Positions 1 to 12,412 of a stretch of 64,000 bases of DNA are shown in pieces. Position 1 is the stretch's first letter, and every line of letters starts with the position of its first letter. Position numbers and translations under genes: made by a program. Source of the DNA: Eledone cirrhosa (lineage: Eukaryota); contig OZ024747.1 of the NCBI GenBank assembly GCA_964016885.1, positions 47,120,001 through 47,184,000 on the forward strand, written 5' to 3'. The notes under the pieces were generated by a model. It was given only the letters and a program-made list of their open reading frames with translations. It was not told the DNA's origin and did not search any database.

Positions 1-288
1 CTAGGACCACCAGTCGACCCTCCGGGTCCAGATGTACCGTCTGTGTTACGAGGCCCAGGTGTTTCCGCAGCAAAACGGCAACCCCGCCCCCATCCCCCGG
101 CTGACAGAGAGATGCGTAGATCTCAAAGTCATCGAAGATGGGGGTCAGCTGTCGCTCGCTGTGGATCCTGGACTCGCAAATGGCTACTACATCCATACTG
201 TGCGACCTGAGGTCGTTTAAGAGTTTGTCCTGTTTCCAGGGCATCCCAGGCCGCGTATATTCACACACCCAGCTCTTATATTGGCCAT
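1..288 (-). CDS. Tx1-like ORF2 N-terminus (apurinic endonuclease domain), partial
   Basis: Manual translation from ATG at 288: MANIRAGCVNIRGLG...DVVAICESRI...GAGVAVLLRK...DPEGRLVVL; N-x-R-G-L, xE and GVAVL motifs are typical of L1/Tx1 APE. Confidence 0.85.
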
Positions 289-299
289 GTTGGTTTTGA

Positions 300-2269
300 A
301 AAGTTAAAAGAGGAGAAGAAAACACTCACCTCTTCGTCTCCCGGGGATCAGGCCGCACGGTTTCCATGGGGGTGTTAGAGGAGTTATCTGGGTGGGTGGT
401 GTTTTCCGGCGGGGTGGGGACGGCGATGTTTGGTGGGGTGGGGGATCTGGGGTGGGGGTGTCTGGGGTGAGGGTGGGGAAACTTTTTAAAAGGACGCGGT
501 TAAGGGTTTAACACAAGGATTACCCACGTCCTTAGGAAATTTTCCTTTAAAGACTTATAGGTGTCCGTAATGACCCTAATCATCTTTAAATTAGGTTCCC
601 TTCGGTTTTCACAGAAGGGTCGTTGAAGATGACCTCCATTAAAGTTTTGTTTTTACTGTTTATGTATGTGTAATGTTCTTGTTGCGTTGCGGTGGTTTTT
701 GTCTGTTGTTCTTGTGGGAGCTTTCGTTTTGTTGTAGGTGTTTGTGTTTGGAGTGATGTCGTGGTTTTCTTTTCGGGACGGGGGGTTTTTGTTTGTAATG
801 TTTGTGTTGTCTGTGTTGGTGGTTGTATGTTTGTAGTGATGTTTGTTGTTTTTTTGTTCTTGTGGTGTCTTTTCTTTTTTCTTTTCGAACGGTGGTGATG
901 ATGTGGGGGCTCGTCCGTTGTGGTGTCTGTGTTATTTGGAAGGGGTATGTTTTGGGGAGCTGTTGTGTTTGTGGGTGTTTTTGCAGTGGTTTTAGGTGGA
1001 GTGGGGTTGGGTGGGACTGTGCTTGCAGGTTTGTTGTTCTTGTTTTGGTTGTGTTTGCGTGTTGTTGTTGTTGTGGTGGTGGTGGTGGTGGTTGTGTTGT
1101 TGTTTTGGGTGTTGGAAGTAGTGCCTCTTTTTTTTTTTAGTTAACTGAGGACAGTAAGCCTTCAGGTGACCACTGCTTAAACAGTGGTAACATGAAGGCC
1201 GCCTACCCTCAACAGAAATGTTTATGTGTGAAATTCCATCCAGAGGCACACGTTAGGGTATTTTAACTATCCGTTCTGGCCTCATTTGGACCAGAACTTC
1301 CATGCTTGCACCATTGAATGGGCCTCTGGAGGACTTTCCCACCGAAATGATGGTGTCTTCGTCGAAATCGATGAAACCAGTTAAAATCCACCAGACGTTT
1401 ACATTTGGTGCAATGTTCAAAATTTTTATTTTTTGAGTTCTTTTTCCTATATATGTGGGGAAAAAGGTGTACAGGGGGGACACAATCGGCGATACAGAAT
1501 ATTTTTGTGCTGTCAATTGGTCTTTCAATAACACCAAAATGCTTCCAAAAAGTCTCCCATTTTGGATGAAGGCAATATCCTTCATGGAATTCTTCAGAAC
1601 CAGTTCAATATCGTTTTGGAATAACTGAACTGATTTTTTCCACACATTTGAAACCATCCTAAAAATTACTGCTTTTAGAACAGTTTCTCTGCGTAACTGT
1701 TGAGGAGAAGCAGTTACGTACTGTTTTCCATCGCTTAACATTTCCCTAGCATTGGAAATGTCAAGGTATGTGAACAGTTCCGTCTTTTGGACGGTTTGAG
1801 CAAAAGAAATCTTTTCCTTGTTCGTGGAGTTGTTCGTGTTGCTGCTGTTGTTGTTGGTGTTGTTGTTATCATTGTTGTTGTTCTTCTTGTTGTCATTATT
1901 GTTGTTGTTGTTGTTGTTCTGGTTGGTGTTGTTTATATTTTGCATGTTATTGGTGTTTGTGTTAGTGTTGATGTTACAATCAACGTCCGACATTGTGTTT
2001 TCAAAATTGACGACATTTTCGATGTCTTTCAATGAGGTGGTGAGAGGAGGTGACTGGGAGCTTAACACTCTTACCGCCTCTCCACCACTTCTAGTTATGA
2101 ACGCAGCGTTCATGACTGAATGCAAGGTTTGTTTACACTTTTTTTTTTTCACCGGCGAAATTTTTTTCAAAACGAAAATTTCACCCCAGGGAGTAGTGAA
2201 GATGACTTGACCCACCGTCTGAAAGTCTAGACGTGGGGTCAAGCTATAAAATAGTAATACATTCAGCAA
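300..2269 (-). pseudogene. Tx1-like ORF1 (gag-like, zinc knuckle), disrupted
   Basis: ORFs 1253..2269 and 992..1249 are in frame, separated by one TAA; contains CYHCLSSGHLKAYC; likely frameshift in the poly-T at about 1127-1138; N/T/Q-rich low-complexity segments. Confidence 0.75.
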
Positions 2270-2355
2270 TGAAATTTTGATTTCTTACTTAGAAAATCAA
2301 CAAAAACTTACCAGCGAACTGGCACACGTCTCAAGTAAAACAGACAGAATATATT

Positions 2356-2400
<45 letters not shown>

Positions 2401-2482
2401 GTACATACTTATACACAAACACAGTCACCCATATACACATACAAATATATATAAATGTATATATATATGTGTGTGTGTACGC

Positions 2483-2548
<66 letters not shown>

Positions 2549-4634
2549 ATATACACACGCACATATCTATATAAAATAATATCTCCTATATTTAATATTT
2601 TGTAGTTTCACATAGAAGTCATATAATCAACTTGAAAATAACCTGCTTTAAACAATAATATAAATTATACTAAATTATAACATCTACTAAACCATCAGCC
2701 ATACTCAGCTATACTATGATCTTACGAAACCTTTTTAGTCGTGAATTGTCTAGGAAGCTTCAGACTCCTAGTTCACTAGCACCAGATTCCTCGCAATAAT
2801 ATCTGTCGCTTCTTTTTCATATATAATGTAGTTAGGAGTGTCGATCACCTCAGCTAATATATAGGCTGAACCATAACATAATATATAATGAATTATAACC
2901 GAATCTATAATAATAGTGAGTAGTGAATACTAAACTTCAGTATGTAACACTTATTGAATTATAGAAAGATGTGTACTGAACCATAACATAACTTGTTTTA
3001 AACGTTAACTGGTGATTTAATAGAGAATACGATATATTTAATCATACACAATAGCTGAATAAATGCTATGCCATAATGGTCATGGTATATGTTTCTTACA
3101 TAGATGCAATGCCTCCTATTTACATTTATTCTAAATTCAAAATCAATTTCTTGTAGTAAAAGCAGCTAGAGACATTTCTAGAGAGAAATCCATATTGTAA
3201 TGACATCCTATTTCTTTTTCTAAGTAGGCATGACTCCTTTCAAATCTATCTGGTATCTATATCCGATAGGTTTTCGAGCTGATAATCGATGAATTCCATA
3301 TATTATCGAGACACACTGAAATGCCTTTACTATATTTAATCCAATATCTTTCCCATTCATCTTTTTGTATGGCACTAATGATAATTTATAAAAGTGGGGA
3401 GGAAGCATTCGTTACATAAAAAGATGAGATGCACAATTAAATTGACTTTATTATTTCTCTTAGTTGATTAAACAACATCATGGCAGTCTAAAAAAAACAC
3501 TGGCTATAATCTGCTCGGAGGAAGAGCCAAATATTCCTCATATTAAATCTTTAGAAATGGCAGATTGGATAGTATTGCACTAGATATAAATTACCTGAAG
3601 AATAGAGGAAGTGGTCACCTCTATGGGTCAGCTTGAACAGAACTAGCAAGACTCTAAACAACAACTATTAAAACACTGGCTATGAGCCAACAAGAAAACC
3701 TTAACGTGGTCGCTCATAGCAGACAATTCTCCCTCATATTACACTCTGCCGTCTTAAAAATAACGATTGAAATTTTAGATAATGTAATCGTCCATATATT
3801 ATGTCTAAAAATAAGCTGGGATGGTCATAGCTGGAACGATCAGGGTCGATCAGTTTTGACCTATGTCTAAACAATAGCTACAAACACATATGAATCTTGT
3901 GCTCCCGCATCAACATTGCAGAAACATATTTTCACTGTAGCTCTAAATTTAATTCGTAAGTCGTATATTGTTGTCAGCCCTAACCAGAGCTGTCTGTTTT
4001 TTCTTTTTCTCTGGTGCGAAAATGCTGTTTTCAATACAGAAATATAAGATATCCCACGACGGGATTTGAAATCAGAAACACTGATGAATCAAAGTAGACA
4101 ATGATTGTTGGGGTGGGGATCAAGTGGTCAGTTCTCTACCAGGCAGCTATAAAAGATACAGCTTTGTCTGTCACTATTGGTTACTGTTTAAATATGTAAG
4201 ATGATATATCCTAAAGAGTCAGTGGATGAAACCTTTGATAACGACTTTGATCTTTGGACTCGTTTTTCTGATTAAGCTTTCAATTATCATGGCTGACGTG
4301 AGACCAAATATGTTGTTGTCAATCATTTAACCCTTTCATCTCTTAATTAACGAAGATGACATCTTAAATTTCAGTTTTGCCTTAAGACAAAATATACAAA
4401 TATTAAAGATTTGTGTCAGATACTTATTTTATTTAATTAATAGAGTCAGTTTATTTTCCAGATAAAATTTCCGTAGTTATGTATTTTGAGATGTACTATT
4501 TATTGTTTATCTTCGGATTCAATCACATTTATTTATTTGTATATTGTCTTCTTACATCTCAATTCACCATTCAGAAACGAATATAGAATACCTGATGAAA
4601 ATAATGGATTTTATGAAATATTTCTTCCTTTTTA

Positions 4635-4828
4635 CAGACCTGGCAACTCTCCCCATCCGACGATGAGATCTCCCACCCACTTCGGGGTGGGTGAGAGATG
4701 TCTTCTCTTGTGAAAATGGGTACAGCTTTCATTCGGTAAAATCTCTCCATTTTGCCTCATTTCTCCCGTTTTGGGGCACCTTTTTTCATGGTACTCCCTG
4801 TTTGAGTTTTTAGAGGTTGGCAGGTCTT
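4635..4828. mobile_element. Putative MITE, about 190 bp
   Basis: Imperfect terminal inverted repeats AGACCTGGCAAC / GTTGGCAGGTCT; internal GC-rich hairpin TCTCCCACCCAC-TTCG-GGGTGGGTGAGA. Confidence 0.45.
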
Positions 4829-6064
4829 CTTTTATATTTAAATTTTTAGTGTATTTGTATGCTTTAAGAATCAGCATTAGGTGCAGAAATAATTTGAGTA
4901 CTGTACACTAAGACATACGATACCCTGTTACTTCCCATTACGTTCTCATTTCAGCAGTCTTCCATTTCAGAATTTAAATATTTCGAGCTAATGGGAAACA
5001 TCTAGATGGTTGTTTGACTTGCTAGAAACAGCAAGTTAAATCTTTGAAATCACGAGTTACCGTAATAAAAAAGGACACGCTGGATAATAAGTGTTTTAAA
5101 GTTACTACATTTGATCAGATATTACAAGAAGGAACCATATAATACTAATGTCGCATCACGTCGTTGGTATTATAAAACTTTTAGCAAAAACATTGTTTGA
5201 AATACGTTAGGATATGATATTTCTTATCCAATTTCAACTAGAATATAGTTTCCTATAGTTAAACCAAACCGCAAGGGACTTTAAATAAACCAGCTGCAGC
5301 TGCACTATCTTCAGTAACTAGCTACAACTTACAAGATATGTACATTGCACAAATGTCAACTCAAGCAAAGCATATGTAAGACATATTGCCCCCAAAAGAA
5401 CAGTATAAATATTGTTTTCGTAAGCCAGTTTGATATTATATCACTTCCTTTCAAACTAAATCTGGATTTTCTTTTACAAATAACAACATACGTTTCTATT
5501 TAACTAGATAAATATTTGCTAGATCTACTTTATGTACAGAAAAAGAACACCGCGTGACAGCTCTATCATTGAGGTATTTAAAAAGGAATATGCTAAGTAT
5601 TCTTTACATTAGATGAATTTTAAAAGAATGTCTATTTAAATATTATCAAACAAATTTATATCCATATAGGTAATTATTCTGATCGTATGAATTTGGGACG
5701 TTCATGGTTGGTCTGAAAATACTGAATATGAGCATAAAATTCGAATCTGATACTACACTTTTAATCATATGTAAGTATTCATTTTTCAAACATGTACACT
5801 ACTAGCTTACATACGTAACACATTTAATTAACTTAATCATAGGTAGCATATCTGCACCTTGTATGATCCTAACTAAATATCCCACATTCAATAAAACCCA
5901 TTTTTATTTCTCTATTAATCTTATACTATGATTATATATTTTATTAATAGGTACACCTGCTCTGAACTTCAGTACATTTTCTTTTCAATTACGTTGTATA
6001 AAATAATTTACAACAATGCATTTGCATGCATGTACATATATATATATACATATATATATATTAA

Positions 6065-6221
6065 TATATTTGAAAAAATGGAAAAGAATGACTTCACTTG
6101 TACTGTTAAAAAATGTATGATTTAATGTTATAATGTAATATTATAATATTACATTATAACTTTAAATCATAAATTTTTTAACACTACAAGTGAAGTTATT
6201 CTTTTCCTTTTTTCAAATATA
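6065..6221. repeat. About 155-bp imperfect palindrome between TA tracts
   Basis: ATATTTGAAAAAATGGAAAAGAATGACTTCACTTGTA... pairs with ...TACAAGTGAAGTTATTCTTTTCCTTTTTTCAAATAT; centre AATATTATAATATT at about 6143. Confidence 0.85.
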
Positions 6222-6259
6222 CCTAACTGTACCAATACCAAGGATCTCACACATTTTCC

Positions 6260-6290
<31 letters not shown>

Positions 6291-6651
6291 CAATAATTGT
6301 TTCTACTTTTGGAACGAAACTAAAATATATAAATATATTTATAAGCAGAAGGGATATTCAATTTGTTGGTAGTTCAACAAATATAAATGTTTATAACTTA
6401 TTCAGAGCACACGACAGGTTTTCTGGAGTATAATATTAAATGATATTAAATAAATGGAAACTATATTTATAAAACCATATTTATTCTACTATATATATTT
6501 CAAGAAGAGTACCAAAAACTTTGGTACACTTTCATCAGATAAAATACAAAGTGTGTTTTATAAATTTTGACATAGCCAAGGAACACACCTTAACGGTAGA
6601 AGTTTTCCTTGGATAGTGGAGTTAAAGACAGATTTTTCAAAATTGTCATCT

Positions 6652-7935
6652 GACTCGGCGCAAATAACGGATCTCGTTGGTTTATTTATTAATAATGTAC
6701 TGCATAGGAAAATGCCAGAGATGACCGGTGGTTTATATCGTGACGATATGCTAATTTCAATTGAAAACCATAGCAATTATGAAATTAATAGGAAAAGAAA
6801 ATCCATAATACAATTTTTCAATTCTAACCTTAAGTTAGAAATAGAGAATAACTACAAAATCGTTAACTTCTTAGACGTAACCTTAAACCTTAGCACAGGT
6901 CTTTACTATCCTTTCCATAACATTATCGAAAATCTAAATTACGTAAGTTTTAACTCTAATCATCCTAGAAGTATTAAATCACTATTGTCAATAGTGTCCA
7001 ACAACGGATTTCACGCATCTCTGCTAATAAAAATATGTTTGATGATATGGCTGAATATTATAATGAAGCTTTACATAGAGCAGGATATTCGAATAAAATT
7101 AAATACATTGATAACAATAACATGGCAAATCATCCTAGTATTAATTATAATAATAATAATAAACAATTTAACTTAAACACTAAACCAAACAAAAAAACTA
7201 GAACTAGAAATATTATTTGGTATCCCCCCTCACCCATTCTCATTAAGCGTTAAAACACCTTTAGCAAAGCTATTCTTTAAAGCACTAGATAAATGTTTTC
7301 CTAAAGCCCACAGATATCACTTTATTTTTAACAGACACACTATAAAACTATCCTACTCTCCTACGATGAACATAACACAAAATATAAATAGAATTAATAA
7401 TAGAAACTTAAATTTAAACCCTAACCAAAATAACCAAAATAGCAATAATAATATTTCTAACAACAATATTCAGAATAATAGTACCGTTCTGAACAACAAT
7501 AACTCCAGTAAATGTAACTGTCGAATCAAATCAAACTGCCCTTTACAAAATAATTGTTTAGACAGAAACGTAGTTTATAAATGCACAGTTAAAACTAGAG
7601 ATAAAATATTTAACTATGTTGGTGCCACTTCTACAAAATTTAAAGAACGCTGGAATAACCATAATCATACATTTAAAAGATCTGATAAAAAATCTTCTAC
7701 TTCACTTTCACATCTTATATGGAACTATAATAAAGCAATAATATAGACTATTCAATATCTTGGAAAACGATTTCACGAGCACCTGCGTACTACAATATGG
7801 CTTTATCAAGATTCTGTAAATTGTGTATCGAAGAAATTTTTTATATAATTAACTGTCAAAACTCTATTAATCTCAGAACAGAGTTATTTTCTTCTTGCAG
7901 ACATCGCCAAAATTCCACGTTCAGAACTATGTTTA
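6652..7935 (+). pseudogene. Penelope-like RT and GIY-YIG endonuclease, frameshifted
   Basis: GGLYRDD, VNFLDVTL, SNHP, RNIIWY, Cys linker CNCRIKSNCPLQNNC, VVYKCTV...NYVGATSTKFKERWNNH across ORFs 6616..7176, 7035..7253, 7366..7746. Confidence 0.9.
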
Positions 7936-8947
7936 ATTTATAATATTCCTATAAACCTTCAATTTAAAATGTTTAATATTTTTAATATTTTAATATTTCT
8001 AAATGTGAATATCTCTAATATTTGTAATACTATTTGTATATATATATAATTTTAATTTTTAATTTTTAATTCTTACATTATTTTTCTAATGACACTCTCT
8101 AAAGATATATTTTTTAGATGTAGATTGATAATCATTACCTGACATTAGAAAAGTTTATCCTCTTCACGACAGTTTCTTAGATAAGCACATTACCTATCTC
8201 CTCTTTTTCATTTTCAAACATTCACACATCTTTCGACTGAAATAATTAATCTCACACTAAATAATATATAATTTCCTAAATCACTCTTCAAATTTATCGA
8301 TTAAGAAACAAAATTGGAGTTATCTTTCCTTTCTCAATCTTGTAAACTTATTATATACGTAACTTCGCTAAATTACCAATATTATGAAAACATTTTCAAT
8401 TCTGAACAAAATATTCAAATCTATAAATTGTTCTCCTCTCACAACTTGAACCACCTATTTATTTACATAAAACACAAAATCAACATCAACTCGTAACTCA
8501 TATTAGAAATATAAACAACTAATAATTGTAAATTATCTATATCTCTTTAGTACTAATACATATGCAATTATTAATATATACAGATATTTATACATATAAC
8601 CTACTACAATATTGTAATAAGATAAATACTTACAAACATAATTCTCCATATATGTATATATATAATATAGGTAAATATTCAACTTTTTTTCCCCAAAATT
8701 AACGTAAATACGAGGTCTTCTTTTCTTTTTTCTTTTTCTTTCTTTTTGCTTTCGTTCCTACTCATACAAACACATATCTAAATTCTCCATAGCATCTAAA
8801 ATAACGTTTTTTCAAACCTATACCTCAACCTCATTTATATATTCATTTGCATACTCATCTTAACAATTTTGAAAAATCTGTTTTTAACTCCACTATCCAA
8901 GGAAAACTTCAACCGTGGCTATGTCAAAATTTATAAAACACACTTTG

Positions 8948-9008
8948 TATTTTATCTGATGAAAGCGTACCAAAGTTTTTGGTACCCTTGAAATATATAG
9001 AATAAATA
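8948..9008 (+). ncRNA. Minimal type I hammerhead ribozyme motif in PLE pseudo-LTR (inverted copy at about 6483-6547)
   Basis: tattttat-CTGATGA-aagcgtacca aagttt ttggtaccctt-GAAA-tata-TA-gaataaata; stem I imperfect. Confidence 0.7.
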
Positions 9009-9162
9009 TGATTTTATAAATATAGTTTCCATTTATTTAATACCATTGTATAAATATATTTATATATATAGTTAATAAATGTAACAAACAAAACACAGGA
9101 GTCAATTTCTACACAGTTATATTAGGTTCATGCTTGGTATATATATATATATATATATATAT

Positions 9163-10045
9163 ATACAAATAAAAAATATAGAGTTATTAACTCATATTGA
9201 TACCCTGCAATTAACAAGCTCAAAGTATAAATACTGAGCATTATAATATTAATATGTATAGAAGTAAACAGTAAATTCTGCGTCTAAAATTACGAGGGTA
9301 GATTTCACCACAAATGTTATATATATTTAAACTGAAGCATATATTATGGTACAAGATTTCTTATACATACCATATCAATAACGATTTCATCTCTCGGACA
9401 GACAAAAGATTTAATCTCTTTCGCCCTGAAAAAATTGTGTTTGTAACAAATAATCCGTAGGCATTTCGTCAGCGAGAGATGAGATTAAATGATACCGAAC
9501 ACCTATAACAAGAAACTCACGGAAGTAGATTCCTCGTGCGTTGAAAGTCATACGTGGTGCGAGTGGTTATGCTAGAAATAATAGCCCATTTACACTCATT
9601 TTTATAAGCTCAACAGATAAGGAGCCGAAATACAATGTCAATATGAGTTAATAACTCTATATTTCATTTGTATTTCGGCTCCTTATCTGTTGAGCTTATA
9701 AAAATGAGTGTAAATGGGCTATTATTTCTAGCATAACCACTCGCACCACGTATGACTTTCAACGCACGAGGAATCTACTTCCGTGAGTTTCTTGTTATAG
9801 GTGTTCGGTATCATTTAATCTCATCTCTCGCTGACGAAATGCCTAAGGATTATTTGTTACAAACACAATTTTTTCAGGGCGAAAGAGATTAAATCTTTTG
9901 TCTGTCCGAGAGATGAAATCGTTATTGATATGGTATGTATAGGAAATCTTGTACCATAATATATGCTTCAGTTTAAATATATATAACATTTGTGGTGAAA
10001 TCTACCCTCGTAATTTTAGACGCAGAATTTACTGTGTTTACTTCT

Positions 10046-10046
<1 letters not shown>
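9163..10046. mobile_element. Non-coding fold-back element with about 375-bp arms and HHR-like motifs, bounded by (TA)n
   Basis: 9260-9635 is the near-exact reverse complement of 9668-10046; the central segment (9639-9672) is an inverted copy of the left end (9163-9200). Confidence 0.8.
9821..9916 (+). ncRNA. Hammerhead ribozyme-like motif (inverted copy at 9387-9482)
   Basis: Perfect 10-bp stem I TCATCTCTCG/CGAGAGATGA encloses CTGACGA, a long stem II (gcct...agggc), GAAA and a GTC triplet; G.G mismatch at the base of stem III. Confidence 0.7.
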
Positions 10047-10091
<45 letters not shown>

Positions 10092-10663
10092 ATAGAGAGA
10101 GAGGGGGTGGGGGGAAGAAAGAGAGCCATGGGCGGGCTAATGCCTACTAATTTGTGAGTATTTTTCTTTATATTTCATACATTTTGTCATATATCCTTAT
10201 AAGCAGAATATGTGATAATTTCATGATAAATAACACGTGATCCACTTTTTAATGTTGTTACTCTGGACTATGTTGTATGGGAGATTTTCTATGAATATTT
10301 ATTTCTATGTATGCTTATGTAATTCTAAAACTATGTGCTGATAAATGTATGTTTATATCCGCTTATACATGGATATAGTACTTCAGGATGTGCAGATTTG
10401 AAATATATTATATATCACTTCATTTCCTATCGATGTTCCATCCATTTTTAATAGTTCTGTATTATATTCTATTTAGTTATTTTGTCATATGTATTGATTG
10501 ATTCTTATATTGATTCTTTCTTTCACATCTCTACATGTGTATGCCATTCAATATTATATTGGCTCCTTTATTGTCTATACCCTCTTGTCACTTATGCTTC
10601 AGTATGATTTATTTGTACTTTAATATTTGTATATGTGTAAATACATACACACAGGTGGGAAGT

Positions 10664-10697
<34 letters not shown>

Positions 10698-11254
10698 TGT
10701 GTGTGCGTGTGTGTGCGTGTGTGTGTATGTGTGCGTGTGTGTGCGTGTGTGTGTGTGTGTGTGTATGAGTTAGCGATGTAAAATATCTGACGCGTAGATA
10801 TGTGATGTATTTCTTATTCCGTTATTACTATCATAAATTTAGTTATTTATTAACACTAGCAGAAAAACCACCCTTCATGTGGTTTTCTGCTAGCATGTGT
10901 AGTGTGTATATTGATATTATACGCAGGTATATATACATGTAGATATGATACATCAAATAAAATCATAATTGACAATATACACAGAAATTGAACGAAGACT
11001 GTGTTACACTGTCTTATTTAATCAGTAACGTAATCCATGATACATTAAAAAAGACGATATTATATATAAACTGCATTAGGAGAAAATTAGTGACAGAAAA
11101 TTAGAATGTTTATTTAAGCGATGGCTAACCGGAAGTGTTGACATTTCAGAAATTTTAAAGAAGTGAATCTTTAAATAAACAAAATATATTTAATCAACAG
11201 CCACGAAATTTAATAGATAAATTATGTAATATTCATTCATTATTTATTCATATT

Positions 11255-11442
11255 CTGGATTAGCAGTATCGGTAGAGGGTTGGACGCCATGCTTTGACGC
11301 ATAGTGTTACGGCCCTTGCCATTCTGAGATCAAATCCCGCCGAGGTCAACTTTGCCTTTCATCCTTACGGGGTCGATAAAATAAAGTACCAGTAATACAC
11401 TGGTTAATTGCTGGCCTTGTGCCAAAAGTAGAAACAATTATT
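11255..11442 (+). mobile_element. tRNA-derived SINE, family A (resembles octopus SINEs)
   Basis: Head with A/B-box-like motifs (GGATTAGCAGTATCGGTAG; GAGATCAAATCCC), core GCCGAGGTCAACTTTGCCTTTCATCC...GGGTCGATAAAATAAAGTACC, tail GGCCTTGTGCCAAAAGTAGAAACAATTATT; over 12 copies in the window. Confidence 0.85.
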
Positions 11443-12412
11443 TATTCAAAGTAATCCAACTTATTGTACTAATGGGATAAAAAATTATAAACTGTACGCA
11501 GTCCCGCGCTCCTTACTTTATTATAGTTTAGATTATGTAAACACACTTCTCATACATCAACATCAACTCCAGGTTTACATTAGGTGATTGATTTCTTTAA
11601 CAAGCCTCATGATATAAGTCAACATATATAGCCTCAAAATCATTATTCGTGTTTTTTAGAACAATTACTCACGTAATCTTAAACCATGTAATTTTGAAAT
11701 TGTAGCTGACTTGGTCTTCTATATTTCTAATTAGAATTATAAAATAATTTTCTAACTTTGTGAATTGATATACTGGAGCGAATAAAAATTAAATTGATTT
11801 AAAACTATTTACACCCGCTTCTGCTTAATCGAATGCTAATTAAATCCCATCTATCATTATCTATTTTCTTAATTCAAAATTAAATAGCATACATTAGTCA
11901 TTGAATTTCTATACTGAGTCTATAAAAATGTCCGTACTCCAAAAATCATTTTTTATGTTCCCAGACATCCGATAGCGAGTCATGAATTGGATTTATTTCT
12001 TTAATTAATAACCAAATCTCATTAGTCAAAATATTATAAACAAACTTAATGAACTTATTGATACAAAACATTCTTCGTAATTATTATTTTCCATTTCTTT
12101 CTTTCTATAACCCTTCTTATCTTCCACTGTCCCGTCCTCCATATTCCCACCGACCAGCTCTCGTTTCATCACTTCCTTATGTTCCTCCAGCCAACATATT
12201 TTTATTTTTTAGCTTATATAAATAAGACAATAAACCTTCATTAAGTTTTATATATCTGAAGAATTATGAAAATACTGAAAGCGATTGCAGATCAAACGAC
12301 ATAGATGTTCTCGATAATACACCCACTTACTTATATATATACAGACAAACAGATAGACATGAACGTGTGTATGTATGTATGTATGTATGTATGTATGTAT
12401 GTATTATGTATT

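Larger units (their letters stand above)
1..2345 (-). mobile_element. 5' part of a Tx1/L1-clade non-LTR retrotransposon (ORF1 + start of ORF2), running off the window edge
   Basis: ORF1 with CCHC knuckle followed by an APE-type ORF2 on the minus strand; 5' end lies next to a (GATA)n tract at 2357-2400. Confidence 0.85.
6439..9047 (+). mobile_element. 5'-truncated Penelope-like element (PLE) with inverted pseudo-LTRs
   Basis: RT + GIY-YIG remnant flanked by about 200-bp inverted repeats (6439-6647 and 8863-9047), each with an HHR motif. Confidence 0.9.

Noticed and set aside
692-2210. Plus-strand Val/Cys/Leu-rich ORFs
   Set aside because: Antisense shadows of the low-complexity Tx1 ORF1
4585-4630. 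CTGATGA...GAAA motif as HHR or C/D box
   Set aside because: No pairing stem I or stem III; similar isolated CTGATGA at about 4081, 30924 and 46780 also lack the full fold
10856-10892. Hairpin CTAGCAGAAAA...TTTTCTGCTAG as terminator or Helitron end
   Set aside because: Isolated; no second terminus or related copy found to support a call
11255-11345. tRNA gene
   Set aside because: A/B boxes are present but there is no complete cloverleaf, and it continues into the SINE body; same for the other copies
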